From the IMG/VR virus record IMGVR_UViG_3300025536_000008, positions 1 to 35,534 of that record: DNA of 35,534 bases. One strand, written 5' to 3'. Made by a program: the position numbers and the translations under genes. Origin of the DNA: a virus. The notes beneath the pieces were generated by a model, which did not search any database, was not told where the DNA came from, and was given only the letters and a program-made list of their open reading frames with translations. This document shows, piece by piece, positions 14,238-22,918 of the stretch. Positions within the stretch are counted from its first letter, which is position 1. Each line of letters starts with the position of its first letter.

Positions 14238-16365
14238 CTCTCCTCATTGCTTGTTTACGTTCTAGATGTAGAACAAGGTAGCGCAATCCGTCGCAGTTCT
14301 TCACCAGAATATCATTGGCATAATACTCATCACCATCTCCGACAGTGATGTTATATACATCATGCCGACTTTTTAGGTGTTCGATTTTGATGATATGCGG
14401 CATCTGGGCCTCGCCTACGGTGTCTTGCTTTGCAATTTTGATGGCAGAATCTTCCATGCTTGCTATGAGCTTCGTATGTTCTTCCACAGCAATCACATTG
14501 TTTGGAGGTAATTGTTTTTCCGAAGCGACATTTTTTGGCATGTTTTCGGTGCCATTCCAGTCCTGCTGCCGAGCCGTGCCATTTAGAAGCAAGCGGACGG
14601 ATTGTTTCGAGGAGTTTCCGATTGGCACGCTTCTGCTTTTCGGTTCGGGGATGTCTTCTGAAATGCTCCGTGGGACTAACGCATTCGAGATTTTGGATTG
14701 AATTGTTTGCTGGGTCGCCGTCCTTGTGATGAATATGCCATCCTTTGGGGATGATCCCTCGCTTTTCTTCCCAGACAACCCGATGTAAATATCTTGGTTT
14801 TCCTTGCCAGCCTTCGGATTTGAAGTATTTTCTGTCAGCCTCGTTTGAAGACTCTGGGTAACGTCTGTATTTGACGCCTTTGTATATTTTTGTTTCACGC
14901 ATACTCTATCATAGTATCGCAAAGCATCAATTCGACAGAAATCTTTACCTTCTGCCCAAACAGGATGGTCGGGGGTGCCCGTCAGGGTGTGACCATTTGA
15001 CAAAGTAATTTGCATTACACAAGCATTTTTTTGAGTAAGAGCTATTGCAGTGATGGGCTTGTAGCCACTTCTTGTTAAGGCGAGGTCATGCAATTTCAAA
15101 TCAACAAGGGTTTTTGGTCCTTCAATTGTGTCAATCAGAGTTTCTCCAATAAGACAGGCGTGGTCTTTTTGCCCATTCATCGGCTTATTTCCCACTGCAT
15201 TCCCATCCTCGCCAGTCAAATATCTATACGTCAAAAATTCGCTGTGTAAGTTCGGACAACATTCAGTCACAATCTTCAATTTGCCACGTCTTATTCGAGC
15301 TTGTACCAAACTAATTCCCAAAGAAATGCTCTCCGGCCCCTTGAGTGCTGGCTTGGCATTCACGCCTAATTTTCTTAAAGCAAGAATTGCATTCTTTTGA
15401 TGATCGCAAGTCCACAACCTGATTTTATCGCCAGTAGCTTCCTTAAATTTCTTCTCAAAGCCAGTAATGCTGTCAAACAACTCTAGAATGTCACCAGGAG
15501 CATAATGCTCGTGAATTATCCACAGGCAGTCATCGTAATCAATTAGCCCTAAGAGCCAACAATGAGGGTCGGTGCCGCCAAAATCTACCGCCGCTACATA
15601 TTGTGCTGCCTCTGGCAACCCTTCGTCAGGCATATCCACAAAACAACTCTTCCCATTGGCATCTACTGGATCATAAACCAACCCTGGCATCTTCGAGAAT
15701 TTGCCCTCGAAATTCATCTCAAATTCCCAAGTTGGCATTTCCTTTCTAGCCTTCTCGATGAGTGTCATATCGCTGGCTGGATTTAGCCAGGAAGGAAAGA
15801 CTCGATAGAAATAATTTTTATCACCGTTATCAGCAGCAGCCATTATTTTTGTTTTAAGCCAATCATACTTCATATAAGGTGTTGAACTCAAAAAGATTCT
15901 GGCTCCTTTGCGATTAACTAATCTTCCCTCGACTGTTTTGAGCGTCGAATAGGGACAGTTCCCACATTCGTCTATCCACCCTGAGTCGGCTTTTATTCCT
16001 TCATAATCCGCTTCTGCGGATCGGAAGTAGATAACACCACCACCAGGGAGTTTATACTCGTGCAAGCCGCTCGTGCCTTGATAAGCAGTCCCTTGTAAAG
16101 TCTTCTCTAAAGCAGTTTTTGTCGCCTTTGTAACAACATCGAATGTACTGGCAACCACCAAATGTGTGCCTTTGCCCTTGAGCTTCTCTATTTCTCTGAG
16201 TTGCCATAGGGCGGCACACGCTGATTTGCCGCCATTTTTGCCTCCTATAGCGGCAATAATTCTGGCCTCTGATTGCAAACAATCAAATTGCCCCTCGTGA
16301 ACTGGAAAGTATTTGTTTGTGATGCCATTCTCATCAATGAAAAGATCGCCCCAATTCAATGTCAT
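14218..16365 (-). CDS. terL: Terminase large subunit precursor containing an intein (extein 1..403 and 691..715).
   Basis: Walker A AIGGKNGGKS, Walker B WIDECG and nuclease AVDFGGTDPHCW. The conserved C-terminal KDHA-CDGLRY motif is split by a 287-aa insert. ATG 16365 overlaps the TerS stop (ATGA). Confidence 0.9.
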   Translation of the reverse strand: MTLNWGDLFIDENGITNKYFPVHEGQFDCLQSEARIIAAIGGKNGGKSACAALWQLREIEKLKGKGTHLVVASTFDVVTKATKTALEKTLQGTAYQGTSGLHEYKLPGGGVIYFRSAEADYEGIKADSGWIDECGNCPYSTLKTVEGRLVNRKGARIFLSSTPYMKYDWLKTKIMAAADNGDKNYFYRVFPSWLNPASDMTLIEKARKEMPTWEFEMNFEGKFSKMPGLVYDPVDANGKSCFVDMPDEGLPEAAQYVAAVDFGGTDPHCWLLGLIDYDDCLWIIHEHYAPGDILELFDSITGFEKKFKEATGDKIRLWTCDHQKNAILALRKLGVNAKPALKGPESISLGISLVQARIRRGKLKIVTECCPNLHSEFLTYRYLTGEDGNAVGNKPMNGQKDHACLIGETLIDTIEGPKTLVDLKLHDLALTRSGYKPITAIALTQKNACVMQITLSNGHTLTGTPDHPVWAEGKDFCRIDALRYYDRVCVKQKYTKASNTDVTQSLQTRLTENTSNPKAGKENQDIYIGLSGKKSEGSSPKDGIFITRTATQQTIQSKISNALVPRSISEDIPEPKSRSVPIGNSSKQSVRLLLNGTARQQDWNGTENMPKNVASEKQLPPNNVIAVEEHTKLIASMEDSAIKIAKQDTVGEAQMPHIIKIEHLKSRHDVYNITVGDGDEYYANDILVKNCDGLRYLVLHLERKQAMRRDDDGDI
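14296..15156 (-). mobile_element. Intein within TerL (287 codons, Cys1 to Asn287, +1 Cys).
   Basis: Block A CLIGETLIDT, block B GHTLTGTPDHPVW, blocks F/G DVYNITVGDGDEYYANDILVKN followed by C. Coordinates were verified codon by codon (TGT at 15156..15154, AAC at 14298..14296). Confidence 0.85.
14360..14902 (-). CDS. HNH homing endonuclease encoded inside the intein in a different reading frame (+2/-1 relative to TerL).
   Basis: ATG-initiated 180-aa ORF with LHRVVWEEKRGIIPKGWHIHHKDGDPANNSIQNLECVSPTEH and a C-terminal Cys/His finger CDCCGRTYEAHSKHGRFCHQNC. The frame offset follows from the coordinates (16365 mod 3 = 0, 14902 mod 3 = 1). Confidence 0.8.
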   Translation of the reverse strand: MRETKIYKGVKYRRYPESSNEADRKYFKSEGWQGKPRYLHRVVWEEKRGIIPKGWHIHHKDGDPANNSIQNLECVSPTEHFRRHPRTEKQKRANRKLLETIRPLASKWHGSAAGLEWHRKHAKKCRFGKTITSKQCDCCGRTYEAHSKHGRFCHQNCKARHRRRGPDAAYHQNRTPKKSA

Positions 16366-16907
16366 TTGGCCTCGATTGTGAGTGGTTGTGGTTGTTTGTT
16401 TCCAACCACAAAAGCCACGCTGGCTACCGTTTGGTTTTGTTGCTCGTCCAATTCGACCAATGTTCCAGATGGGAAGAACTTCTCGAATTGAAGGAAGAAC
16501 TTCATCGCATTGCCCAAGCGACCCGAATGAATATATTCCCTCATTTCTTCATCTACTTTTGGCATTCCGTGTCGAGCAAATGCCTCGAAGAGAGTTCTTA
16601 CGGCTGCGATCCTAATCGGACCCATTTTTTTGTCGTAGTTAAAAATCGCTGTGGGAATATCGGCATCAGCCCTGGCGACGTGATCCTCTGGCAATGCTCC
16701 TACAGCCAAACATGAGCTACTGATTTTGCCGGTATAAAGAACCTGATCCATTGAGGTATATTGACCGGCATCATACTTGCCAAGCCGAGTAATCAATGTG
16801 CCCTTCTTAATGCCAAGTTCCTTGGACCACTCGGATATAGTCAGCTTCTTACCGTTGTGTTCCAAAACACGATGGTAAGGCATATTGTAATGTGTTTTCC
16901 CAGCCAT
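16362..16907 (-). CDS. Terminase small subunit candidate (N-terminal HTH).
   Basis: It lies immediately upstream of TerL and is translationally coupled to it. HTH KKLTISEWSKELGIKKGTLITRLGKY. Function is assigned by synteny. Confidence 0.55.
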   Translation of the reverse strand: MAGKTHYNMPYHRVLEHNGKKLTISEWSKELGIKKGTLITRLGKYDAGQYTSMDQVLYTGKISSSCLAVGALPEDHVARADADIPTAIFNYDKKMGPIRIAAVRTLFEAFARHGMPKVDEEMREYIHSGRLGNAMKFFLQFEKFFPSGTLVELDEQQNQTVASVAFVVGNKQPQPLTIEAK

Positions 16908-19288
16908 TAAGCCACCGTATAGAACCCAGGTCGATAACTATTGGACTCGGCCAATAACCATTCCTCACTCCTCACCAAAGAAGTGATTCTTACTTCCTGC
17001 ATCTTCCCCTCGAAATACTCCTCATTTTCTTTTCGCCCAATGTAACTTCCTGTAATACTAGGAGCCAATGAGCCATAAGGAATCTCAGTAAATCCTTCTA
17101 ATAGTCCGTCGAGATAAATCGAAATACCAACAAATGGTTCCCAAATTATCGCAATGTGATACCAACAGGTCGTCTCTAACACGGTTCTTCCCCTCACTCG
17201 ATATTCTTTGATTCCATCGGCGGTCACTACTTGCGCCCGACCCCACAGTTGTTGTCCATCTGTATGTCCAATGGCAATTTGATAACTGCTTTCATTTTCA
17301 GTTCTCCCCATTGAAAAGAAAACCTTATGGAAGTAAAGATTACTTCGTTTTGCCCACAACGACACAGTAAATGCTTGGTCATCATTCAATGAAAATTCTG
17401 GGGTGTTGATATAATCCGAGCCATCAAACAAGTTTGCCCTATAGAACAAGCCTCTGGCCCGATTTGGCGTCTTGGTGATCCATCCGCCGCCACCTTGGGC
17501 GTCATAAGCATTAGTGGTGCTATCCTTAAATTCACCCACGGTTCCATCTCCTTGTTCTAAGAGATGATAGATTGCCTCATAATCTTCATAGAGTTGATTT
17601 GGAACACTTGGTCTAATTCCGCCTCCAAAACCAAATCCGCCAGTTGGCTCAAACCAATTTTGGTCGGTAGGAGCAGTGCCGCCAAACTTAAAGCCGCCCG
17701 CTGGCATGATCCGATAAGTGATCGAACAAATGCCGTCGTCCTTAACCAAAATTGCAGCGTCATTCAATCCGCTGAATTCAAAACCACCTGACGGAATGAA
17801 GGTTTGATCTTCTTCTGTCGATGCTTCTCCACCAAGTTCAAGACCTCCAATTGGAGTCTCGTGCATTATTTTATAGGGGATTGCACTTCCGCCAAATTCA
17901 AATCCTTCGCCATCTACTGATGGAGTGTCTGTAATTGGAGCATGGCCGCCGAATTCCATTCCGCCAATAGAATGATCCGCTTCACCTGTAAATTCGATTC
18001 CTCCATCTGGATGAAAGACTTCGATTGGAGAGGCAGTTCCTCCGAATTCAAATCCTTCTCCATCGACTTCGATTGGAATTACTCTGGTTCCTGGTGCTTC
18101 GCCACTGAATTCAAATCCTCCAGATGGAGTCTCACTAATACAATCTATAGTGAGATTTAGAACTGGAGCAGTTCCATTGCCTGCCAGGAAAGCCCAGCGA
18201 TTATTTCCAGTGTCGCTACCATTGTCTTGTGTTGTGATGACAATGGCATTGCCAGAGGTCCAACCTGGACGAGTAATGATCTCTGTGATGATCGGAGAAA
18301 TATCGGGCGTGTCATAGAATTGACTGGCTTGCCAGGGCGTGGGATTCCAATCTACATAAGCGGACGTTAAGACCCTAGATTCAGCATCAGTTTCGTCTGT
18401 TGGGGCCGTTGCGTTGTCGTCTGCGAAGGCAAAAATTCTAAGTTTGATTCTGGTATCGGTCGTATCTGTTTGAAAATAAGGTTGCGCACCAGGATGTGTT
18501 CCACCGTCCCCTTTTCCTGCACTAGCTCTATTGCCAGCGCCAGAACTGTAAAGAACATAAAGAACAATGTGGTTGCCTGGGGTCCAACCGGCTCGATCAA
18601 CAATTTCTTGAATTACACTGGAGATGTCTGGAGATGTGTAATAATTGAAGGGAGGTCCAGCAGCAAATGAAGGCACAGTCCAAGAAACACTCGCACTTGT
18701 AACTGATCTTCCATCAGCATCAGTAGCAGTGGCGGGTGCGGTCGCATTATCTTCCGCCACCGCAACAATCGTAACATCTAAAGATGTTGAATTAGTTTCT
18801 TCTGCAAGAAAACTAATTCTCGTGTCACCAACAGTATCTCCTTGAGCAATGTAAACATCTTTATATCTCAAGAAGCAATTTGTATTATTGCCACTGATTT
18901 TCCCAAAGCGGTCAAAATCATTAGTGGTTAAACTCCCGCCACTTACCCAATAGCCGTCATCAGCATCAGCAAAGATTATTGGATTGCCGAGGTTTATATT
19001 GGATTGTAGAGTGACTGAGGCAGTCTCAATTACATTAGGTCCGACATGAACTGGCACAAAACGAAAGAATTGCTTGGTAGGAACTCCGTAATAACCAAGT
19101 TGGAGATTAGGGATCGTGGCACCAGTATAAAAATCAGGAATGCCAGGACGCCATTCACCGTTATCCAACACATTATCAATCTGAATAGATTGAGGGTCTA
19201 TGCAAATTTCACTCGAACCACCTTTTTCAGCTAGTTCGATATTTGCAAGATAAGAGAGTTCGGAACCAAGACGGCCAGTAAATGTCAT
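16907..19288 (-). CDS. Large repeat protein with a C-terminal LamG/concanavalin-like domain. Probably a fibre or receptor-binding protein.
   Basis: It has an internal ~95-aa duplication (DNATAP...TSPDISxxIxEIxxRxGWTxGN). It has nine GGFEFGG-type repeats (aa ~385-560). The C-terminal segment FDGSDYINTPEFSLNDDQAFTVSLWAKRSN...ISIYLDGLL is typical of LamG_3-like domains. Its stop overlaps the TerS ATG (TAATG). Confidence 0.7.
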   Translation of the reverse strand: MTFTGRLGSELSYLANIELAEKGGSSEICIDPQSIQIDNVLDNGEWRPGIPDFYTGATIPNLQLGYYGVPTKQFFRFVPVHVGPNVIETASVTLQSNINLGNPIIFADADDGYWVSGGSLTTNDFDRFGKISGNNTNCFLRYKDVYIAQGDTVGDTRISFLAEETNSTSLDVTIVAVAEDNATAPATATDADGRSVTSASVSWTVPSFAAGPPFNYYTSPDISSVIQEIVDRAGWTPGNHIVLYVLYSSGAGNRASAGKGDGGTHPGAQPYFQTDTTDTRIKLRIFAFADDNATAPTDETDAESRVLTSAYVDWNPTPWQASQFYDTPDISPIITEIITRPGWTSGNAIVITTQDNGSDTGNNRWAFLAGNGTAPVLNLTIDCISETPSGGFEFSGEAPGTRVIPIEVDGEGFEFGGTASPIEVFHPDGGIEFTGEADHSIGGMEFGGHAPITDTPSVDGEGFEFGGSAIPYKIMHETPIGGLELGGEASTEEDQTFIPSGGFEFSGLNDAAILVKDDGICSITYRIMPAGGFKFGGTAPTDQNWFEPTGGFGFGGGIRPSVPNQLYEDYEAIYHLLEQGDGTVGEFKDSTTNAYDAQGGGGWITKTPNRARGLFYRANLFDGSDYINTPEFSLNDDQAFTVSLWAKRSNLYFHKVFFSMGRTENESSYQIAIGHTDGQQLWGRAQVVTADGIKEYRVRGRTVLETTCWYHIAIIWEPFVGISIYLDGLLEGFTEIPYGSLAPSITGSYIGRKENEEYFEGKMQEVRITSLVRSEEWLLAESNSYRPGFYTVA

Positions 19289-19344
19289 GTCATTATCTAG
19301 TAATTTTGCCTAGTAATGCGTTGAGTCAGTCGGTATAATTACTT

Positions 19345-19404
19345 AACCGTGCAAGTTGCCTCTAATAATTTGTTGCCCTTCAAAGTCATGCAACTTGCAC
19401 GGTT
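19345..19404. repeat. 15-bp perfect inverted repeat with a 30-nt loop, between the 76-aa ORF and the LamG gene.
   Basis: aaccgtgcaagttgc (19345..19359) and gcaacttgcacggtt (19390..19404). Confidence 0.9.
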
Positions 19405-19405
19405 T

Positions 19406-19636
19406 TCAATAATTGACCTTCACCACCGTGTCAAGGCTTGCAGAAACATCAATCTTGGCATAAGCGTGTAGCTGCTCCCCTCCAAGATCGAGAACCTCAT
19501 AAGGCACGATAACATCAGCCCCATCTGTAATAGAAATGACAGGGCTTGTGATTCCTTGAACTTTAATTGGCAAGATAAATCTGGGCATATCCTCGGCAAC
19601 TGTGCCGCTAGGAATGGTGACAACCTTCTGACTCAT
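19406..19636 (-). CDS. Small beta-rich hypothetical protein (76 aa).
   Basis: ORF overlaps the upstream gene end by 4 nt. No confident motif. Confidence 0.55.
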   Translation of the reverse strand: MSQKVVTIPSGTVAEDMPRFILPIKVQGITSPVISITDGADVIVPYEVLDLGGEQLHAYAKIDVSASLDTVVKVNY

Positions 19637-19980
19637 CTAATTTTCCTCAAACAGTTTTGAATCAAAATGCTTGAGATAACTTTCAGAGCGGCTTCCAATC
19701 CCTTTCTATTCAAGCAAATTGGGTCACATCCATTCCATAGTTGATCTTTGATTGTCTGAGAAATGGCACCGAGAACTTCACGATCACATTCGTGATTGTC
19801 ATGCAAAACCATGAAGTCATAGATTTCTTCAAGATTGATTTGAATGAATTCGCCGCAGTCTGTGGTCATTTTGAGCGGCCCAGGCTTCTTGCCAAGTTCA
19901 TCTCCAAATCCATCCACGAGAGCATCTAGAAAACTATAATAGTTGTCCGGGATGTCGTCTTGTTTTAACCAAAAATTCAT
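19633..19980 (-). CDS. Hypothetical protein (115 aa).
   Basis: Tightly coupled ORF. No motif. Confidence 0.55.
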   Translation of the reverse strand: MNFWLKQDDIPDNYYSFLDALVDGFGDELGKKPGPLKMTTDCGEFIQINLEEIYDFMVLHDNHECDREVLGAISQTIKDQLWNGCDPICLNRKGLEAALKVISSILIQNCLRKIR

Positions 19981-20387
19981 TAGTTCTCCGAGAAACCTGT
20001 AATGGTCGGCGTCAATTTGAGTTCGTCGGTATCAACCAAAGTCTTCACCGAGCCGAAGCGTTCTGCCCAGACAAGCCGTGGCGTGCCTGAATCGTCATAT
20101 ATAAAATACCCATACACGGTGCCGCCAGATGCGCCACAAGTCCAGCTTTGTTCGGCTGAATAGGCTTTAACTGCCTTGTGGGATACGGTCGCCGCTGCGT
20201 CCCAACCACCGCTTAGAGTCTTAATCACATCTAAGCCGTCGCCTGTTGCCAAATCAAAATCAGCATAAACACTGTCTTGATCGGGAGTTTCATTGTTCTC
20301 GTATAGAGCCAATTTTAGATCGGTTCCCGAATCCAAAAGGCGATCCATAAGATAGAGTTCTGATAAATCGGGGACGATGAGCGGCAT
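19980..20387 (-). CDS. Hypothetical virion-associated protein (135 aa).
   Basis: AAGAGG lies 7 nt before ATG 20387 (MPLIVPDLSELYLMDRLL...VYGYFIYDDSGTPRLVWAERF). This sequence type is common in phage structural regions. Function unknown. Confidence 0.6.
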   Translation of the reverse strand: MPLIVPDLSELYLMDRLLDSGTDLKLALYENNETPDQDSVYADFDLATGDGLDVIKTLSGGWDAAATVSHKAVKAYSAEQSWTCGASGGTVYGYFIYDDSGTPRLVWAERFGSVKTLVDTDELKLTPTITGFSEN

Positions 20388-20477
20388 AAAATTACCTCTT
20401 AAATGTTTCATTATAATAGGCATTCCAGAAACATTCTTTGCTATACTTTATAGTTTGCCATTCCTCTGGAACAACAA

Positions 20478-21383
20478 ATGCTCAACAAATATGAATTAGA
20501 AAAAGTTCTCAAAAGTGGCGCATCTAATGTTGAAGCCGCCACAATTTTTGATTGTGGTGTGCGCACAATAGTGCGTGCCAGGAAAACTTTTGGTCTTGAT
20601 CGTGGTTTCATCAGTCACGGCAATCATATCCTTAGTGACGTGCAAAATGAAATCCTCACGGCATGTCTATTGGGAGATGGTTACATCAACTTTTCATCTA
20701 GAGGTCACTCTAGATTTGGTTTTGGGCAAGCGAAGCGAAGGCGAAAATATGTCGAATTTATAAATGAACTTCTCAAGCCATTATCAGTGACGCCTTTTTT
20801 TGAAACTCGATTGGACCCAAGAGTAAAATCCGGGAAGAGTGAATCTTGGCGATTTTATACTCACGCAGATCACCAATTTACTGATCTTCGTGAGAAGTGG
20901 TATAACCCAGAAAAAAAGGTGCCGAGTTGGTTAAAATTGTCACCCCTTATCTTTTCTCATTGGTTTCTTCAAGATGGTTGCAATTCACCAGAAAAAAGAG
21001 CTTTGACTCTTGCAACAGATGCGTTTAGCAGAGCCGATGTGGAATTTCTACAAGAGCGACTCAGAACTGATCTAGAGTTGGTTTCTACAATTCAAGGAAG
21101 CAAACAATTTCACTTAGCCATCGGTGCTTATGAATGTGAAAAGGCTTTATCCATGATAAGGCAATATAATAACTTTCGTTGCTTTCGATACAAGAATCGC
21201 TTCATCAAGAAGAAAAACCCAAATCTAGGTGCATCTAAACTTAACAAATCTATTGCAGAACAAATTAGAATCAAATGGAAGAATGGCGTTAAACCACCTT
21301 TGTTGGCCGAGGAATACGACGTGGGGGTTGTGTCCATCTACAATATCCTAAGCTATCGAACCTATGCTGTTACTTCAACATAA
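20478..21383 (+). CDS. Free-standing LAGLIDADG homing endonuclease flanked by HTH domains.
   Basis: Motif 1 ILTACLLGDGYINF and motif 2 IFSHWFLQDGCNS. N- and C-terminal HTH-like segments. Opposite strand to its neighbours. Confidence 0.75.
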   Translation: MLNKYELEKVLKSGASNVEAATIFDCGVRTIVRARKTFGLDRGFISHGNHILSDVQNEILTACLLGDGYINFSSRGHSRFGFGQAKRRRKYVEFINELLKPLSVTPFFETRLDPRVKSGKSESWRFYTHADHQFTDLREKWYNPEKKVPSWLKLSPLIFSHWFLQDGCNSPEKRALTLATDAFSRADVEFLQERLRTDLELVSTIQGSKQFHLAIGAYECEKALSMIRQYNNFRCFRYKNRFIKKKNPNLGASKLNKSIAEQIRIKWKNGVKPPLLAEEYDVGVVSIYNILSYRTYAVTST

Positions 21384-22003
21384 TGCACTTTGGAGTGAAA
21401 TTTCCAAGTATTGTAAGCAACTCCAAAAGCACTCAATTTCAAACTGTCATTCGTGTCGTCAGCGGTCACATTCATTATAATGGGAGCATCTAATGCGAAA
21501 AATAGATTGTTCACTGATCCAACTATATCAGTTGTGCTGCCATTTTTCTCAATCGTTCCAACATGAAGCCAAGCACATGTCTCATTCGTACTTGTATTTT
21601 TTGCGATGGTGTGAATCAAAAATGTCCAAGCTGAATCATCAGGCAGATTCAATCTTGAATTGGCTATGGCATCAATAAAGAACTCAGTATCAGATGTTGT
21701 GGTAATGGTGGCATACAAATCAATTTCCTGTTGCCACCGAGTATTTACATCTCTTGTAATGACATGGGTGACATCCTTGCCGCTATTGTGAAGAACAGCC
21801 GTCGTGTCCTCCATGCCTCGTTGAACTGTAAATGTATTCCCACTAATGGAAGTAACTAACAAAAGTTCTTGTTCAATTACAATTCTAAAATTGGCAATGG
21901 TTGGAAACCCCGTTACGCTCACGACATCTAATGTGGTTTGACTATCGTCGATAGAACCATCTAGAAGTGTTTGGATATTGTTAGTGAACGTGTCGAGCAT
22001 CAT
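21362..22003 (-). CDS. Fibre/structural paralogue B (213 aa).
   Basis: MMLDTFTNNIQTLLDGSIDDSQTTLDVVSVTGFPTIANFRIVIEQELLLVTSISGNTFTVQRGMEDTTAVLH is colinear with paralogue A. ATG 22003 overlaps the upstream stop (TAATG). Confidence 0.65.
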   Translation of the reverse strand: MMLDTFTNNIQTLLDGSIDDSQTTLDVVSVTGFPTIANFRIVIEQELLLVTSISGNTFTVQRGMEDTTAVLHNSGKDVTHVITRDVNTRWQQEIDLYATITTTSDTEFFIDAIANSRLNLPDDSAWTFLIHTIAKNTSTNETCAWLHVGTIEKNGSTTDIVGSVNNLFFALDAPIIMNVTADDTNDSLKLSAFGVAYNTWKFHSKVHYVEVTA

Positions 22004-22647
22004 TAGGCTGTAATCTCCGTCCAAAAAACTTTTGACCGCCATTGCCAATTATTGCTGCTCGTGCCAGTCACAGTAATTATGAGAGCATCATTGGTGTCGT
22101 CGGCTGTGATTGCCACTGTCAGAGCGGCGTCTTCTTGATTAAATAATTGCCCTACAGTTCCAACAATGTCAGTTGTCGTTGAATTGTGTTCGATACAACC
22201 GGCATGATACCAACCACCAGTTTCATTTGTGTCTTCATTTTTCGCCACGGTCAAAACTGTAAACATCCAAGCCGAGTCTGATGGCACGAGTAATCTAGAG
22301 TTGCTCACCCCATCTAGAAAAATTTCTGTTGCCGTGTTGTTAGTTGTTCTTCCGCTCAATAAAAAGTATTGCCCAAATCTAGTAGCCACTGCCGCCGTGA
22401 GAATGTGAGTAATTTTTTGGTTATCCACATGGGCAACCGCTGTAGTGCCTTCAATTTCACGGATAACCGTTAAAGTATTGCTGGAAACGTCTGTAACCAA
22501 CATCAACTCCTGTTCGACCAGAACTCTAAAGTTTGGTGTCAAAGGAAAGAGGGAGGCATCAGTCACATCGAAGCTCGTTTGCGAATTGTCGATGTCGCCA
22601 TCCAAAGTGGCTTGTCCGAAATTTGAAAAAGTGTCTAAGAGAGCCAT
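22003..22647 (-). CDS. Fibre/structural paralogue A (214 aa).
   Basis: MALLDTFSNFGQATLDGDIDNSQTSFDVTDASLFPLTPNFRVLVEQELMLVTDVSSNTLTVIREIEGTTAVAH. The C-terminal halves also align (ITADDTNDALIITVTG versus VTADDTNDSLKLSAFG). Confidence 0.65.
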   Translation of the reverse strand: MALLDTFSNFGQATLDGDIDNSQTSFDVTDASLFPLTPNFRVLVEQELMLVTDVSSNTLTVIREIEGTTAVAHVDNQKITHILTAAVATRFGQYFLLSGRTTNNTATEIFLDGVSNSRLLVPSDSAWMFTVLTVAKNEDTNETGGWYHAGCIEHNSTTTDIVGTVGQLFNQEDAALTVAITADDTNDALIITVTGTSSNNWQWRSKVFWTEITA

Positions 22648-22666
22648 GCTCTATAAAGAGTAAATT

Positions 22667-22918
22667 TCAGCAATTATCGAACGTGGCGATATATTTTGTT
22701 CCGTCAAAAAAGAAAGAAAATACCCAGCGTTCGTCAGCATTTAGGCCGGTGACATTGTTGTCATTGGTATCTCCACAGGTCGTCACCAAGAATTGATCGA
22801 CATTGCAAGTGACATCAACACCGCCTTCTCCAACTGCTCCAACCTTCAAGATAATCACGAATTCATCTCCGAACTTAGAATAGCTCGTATTGCAATTGAT
22901 GGTAAGATTATCAGACAA
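22667..22918 (-). CDS. Hypothetical Cys-containing small protein (83 aa).
   Basis: ORF upstream of the paralogue pair. No motif. Confidence 0.45.
   Translation of the reverse strand: MSDNLTINCNTSYSKFGDEFVIILKVGAVGEGGVDVTCNVDQFLVTTCGDTNDNNVTGLNADERWVFSFFFDGTKYIATFDNC

Noticed and set aside
14345-14729. Plus-strand ORFs 14345..14701 and 14502..14729 opposite the intein/HNH region.
   Set aside because: They are antisense to two overlapping supported frames. They have Cys/Phe/Ser-rich nonsense-like composition and no motif.
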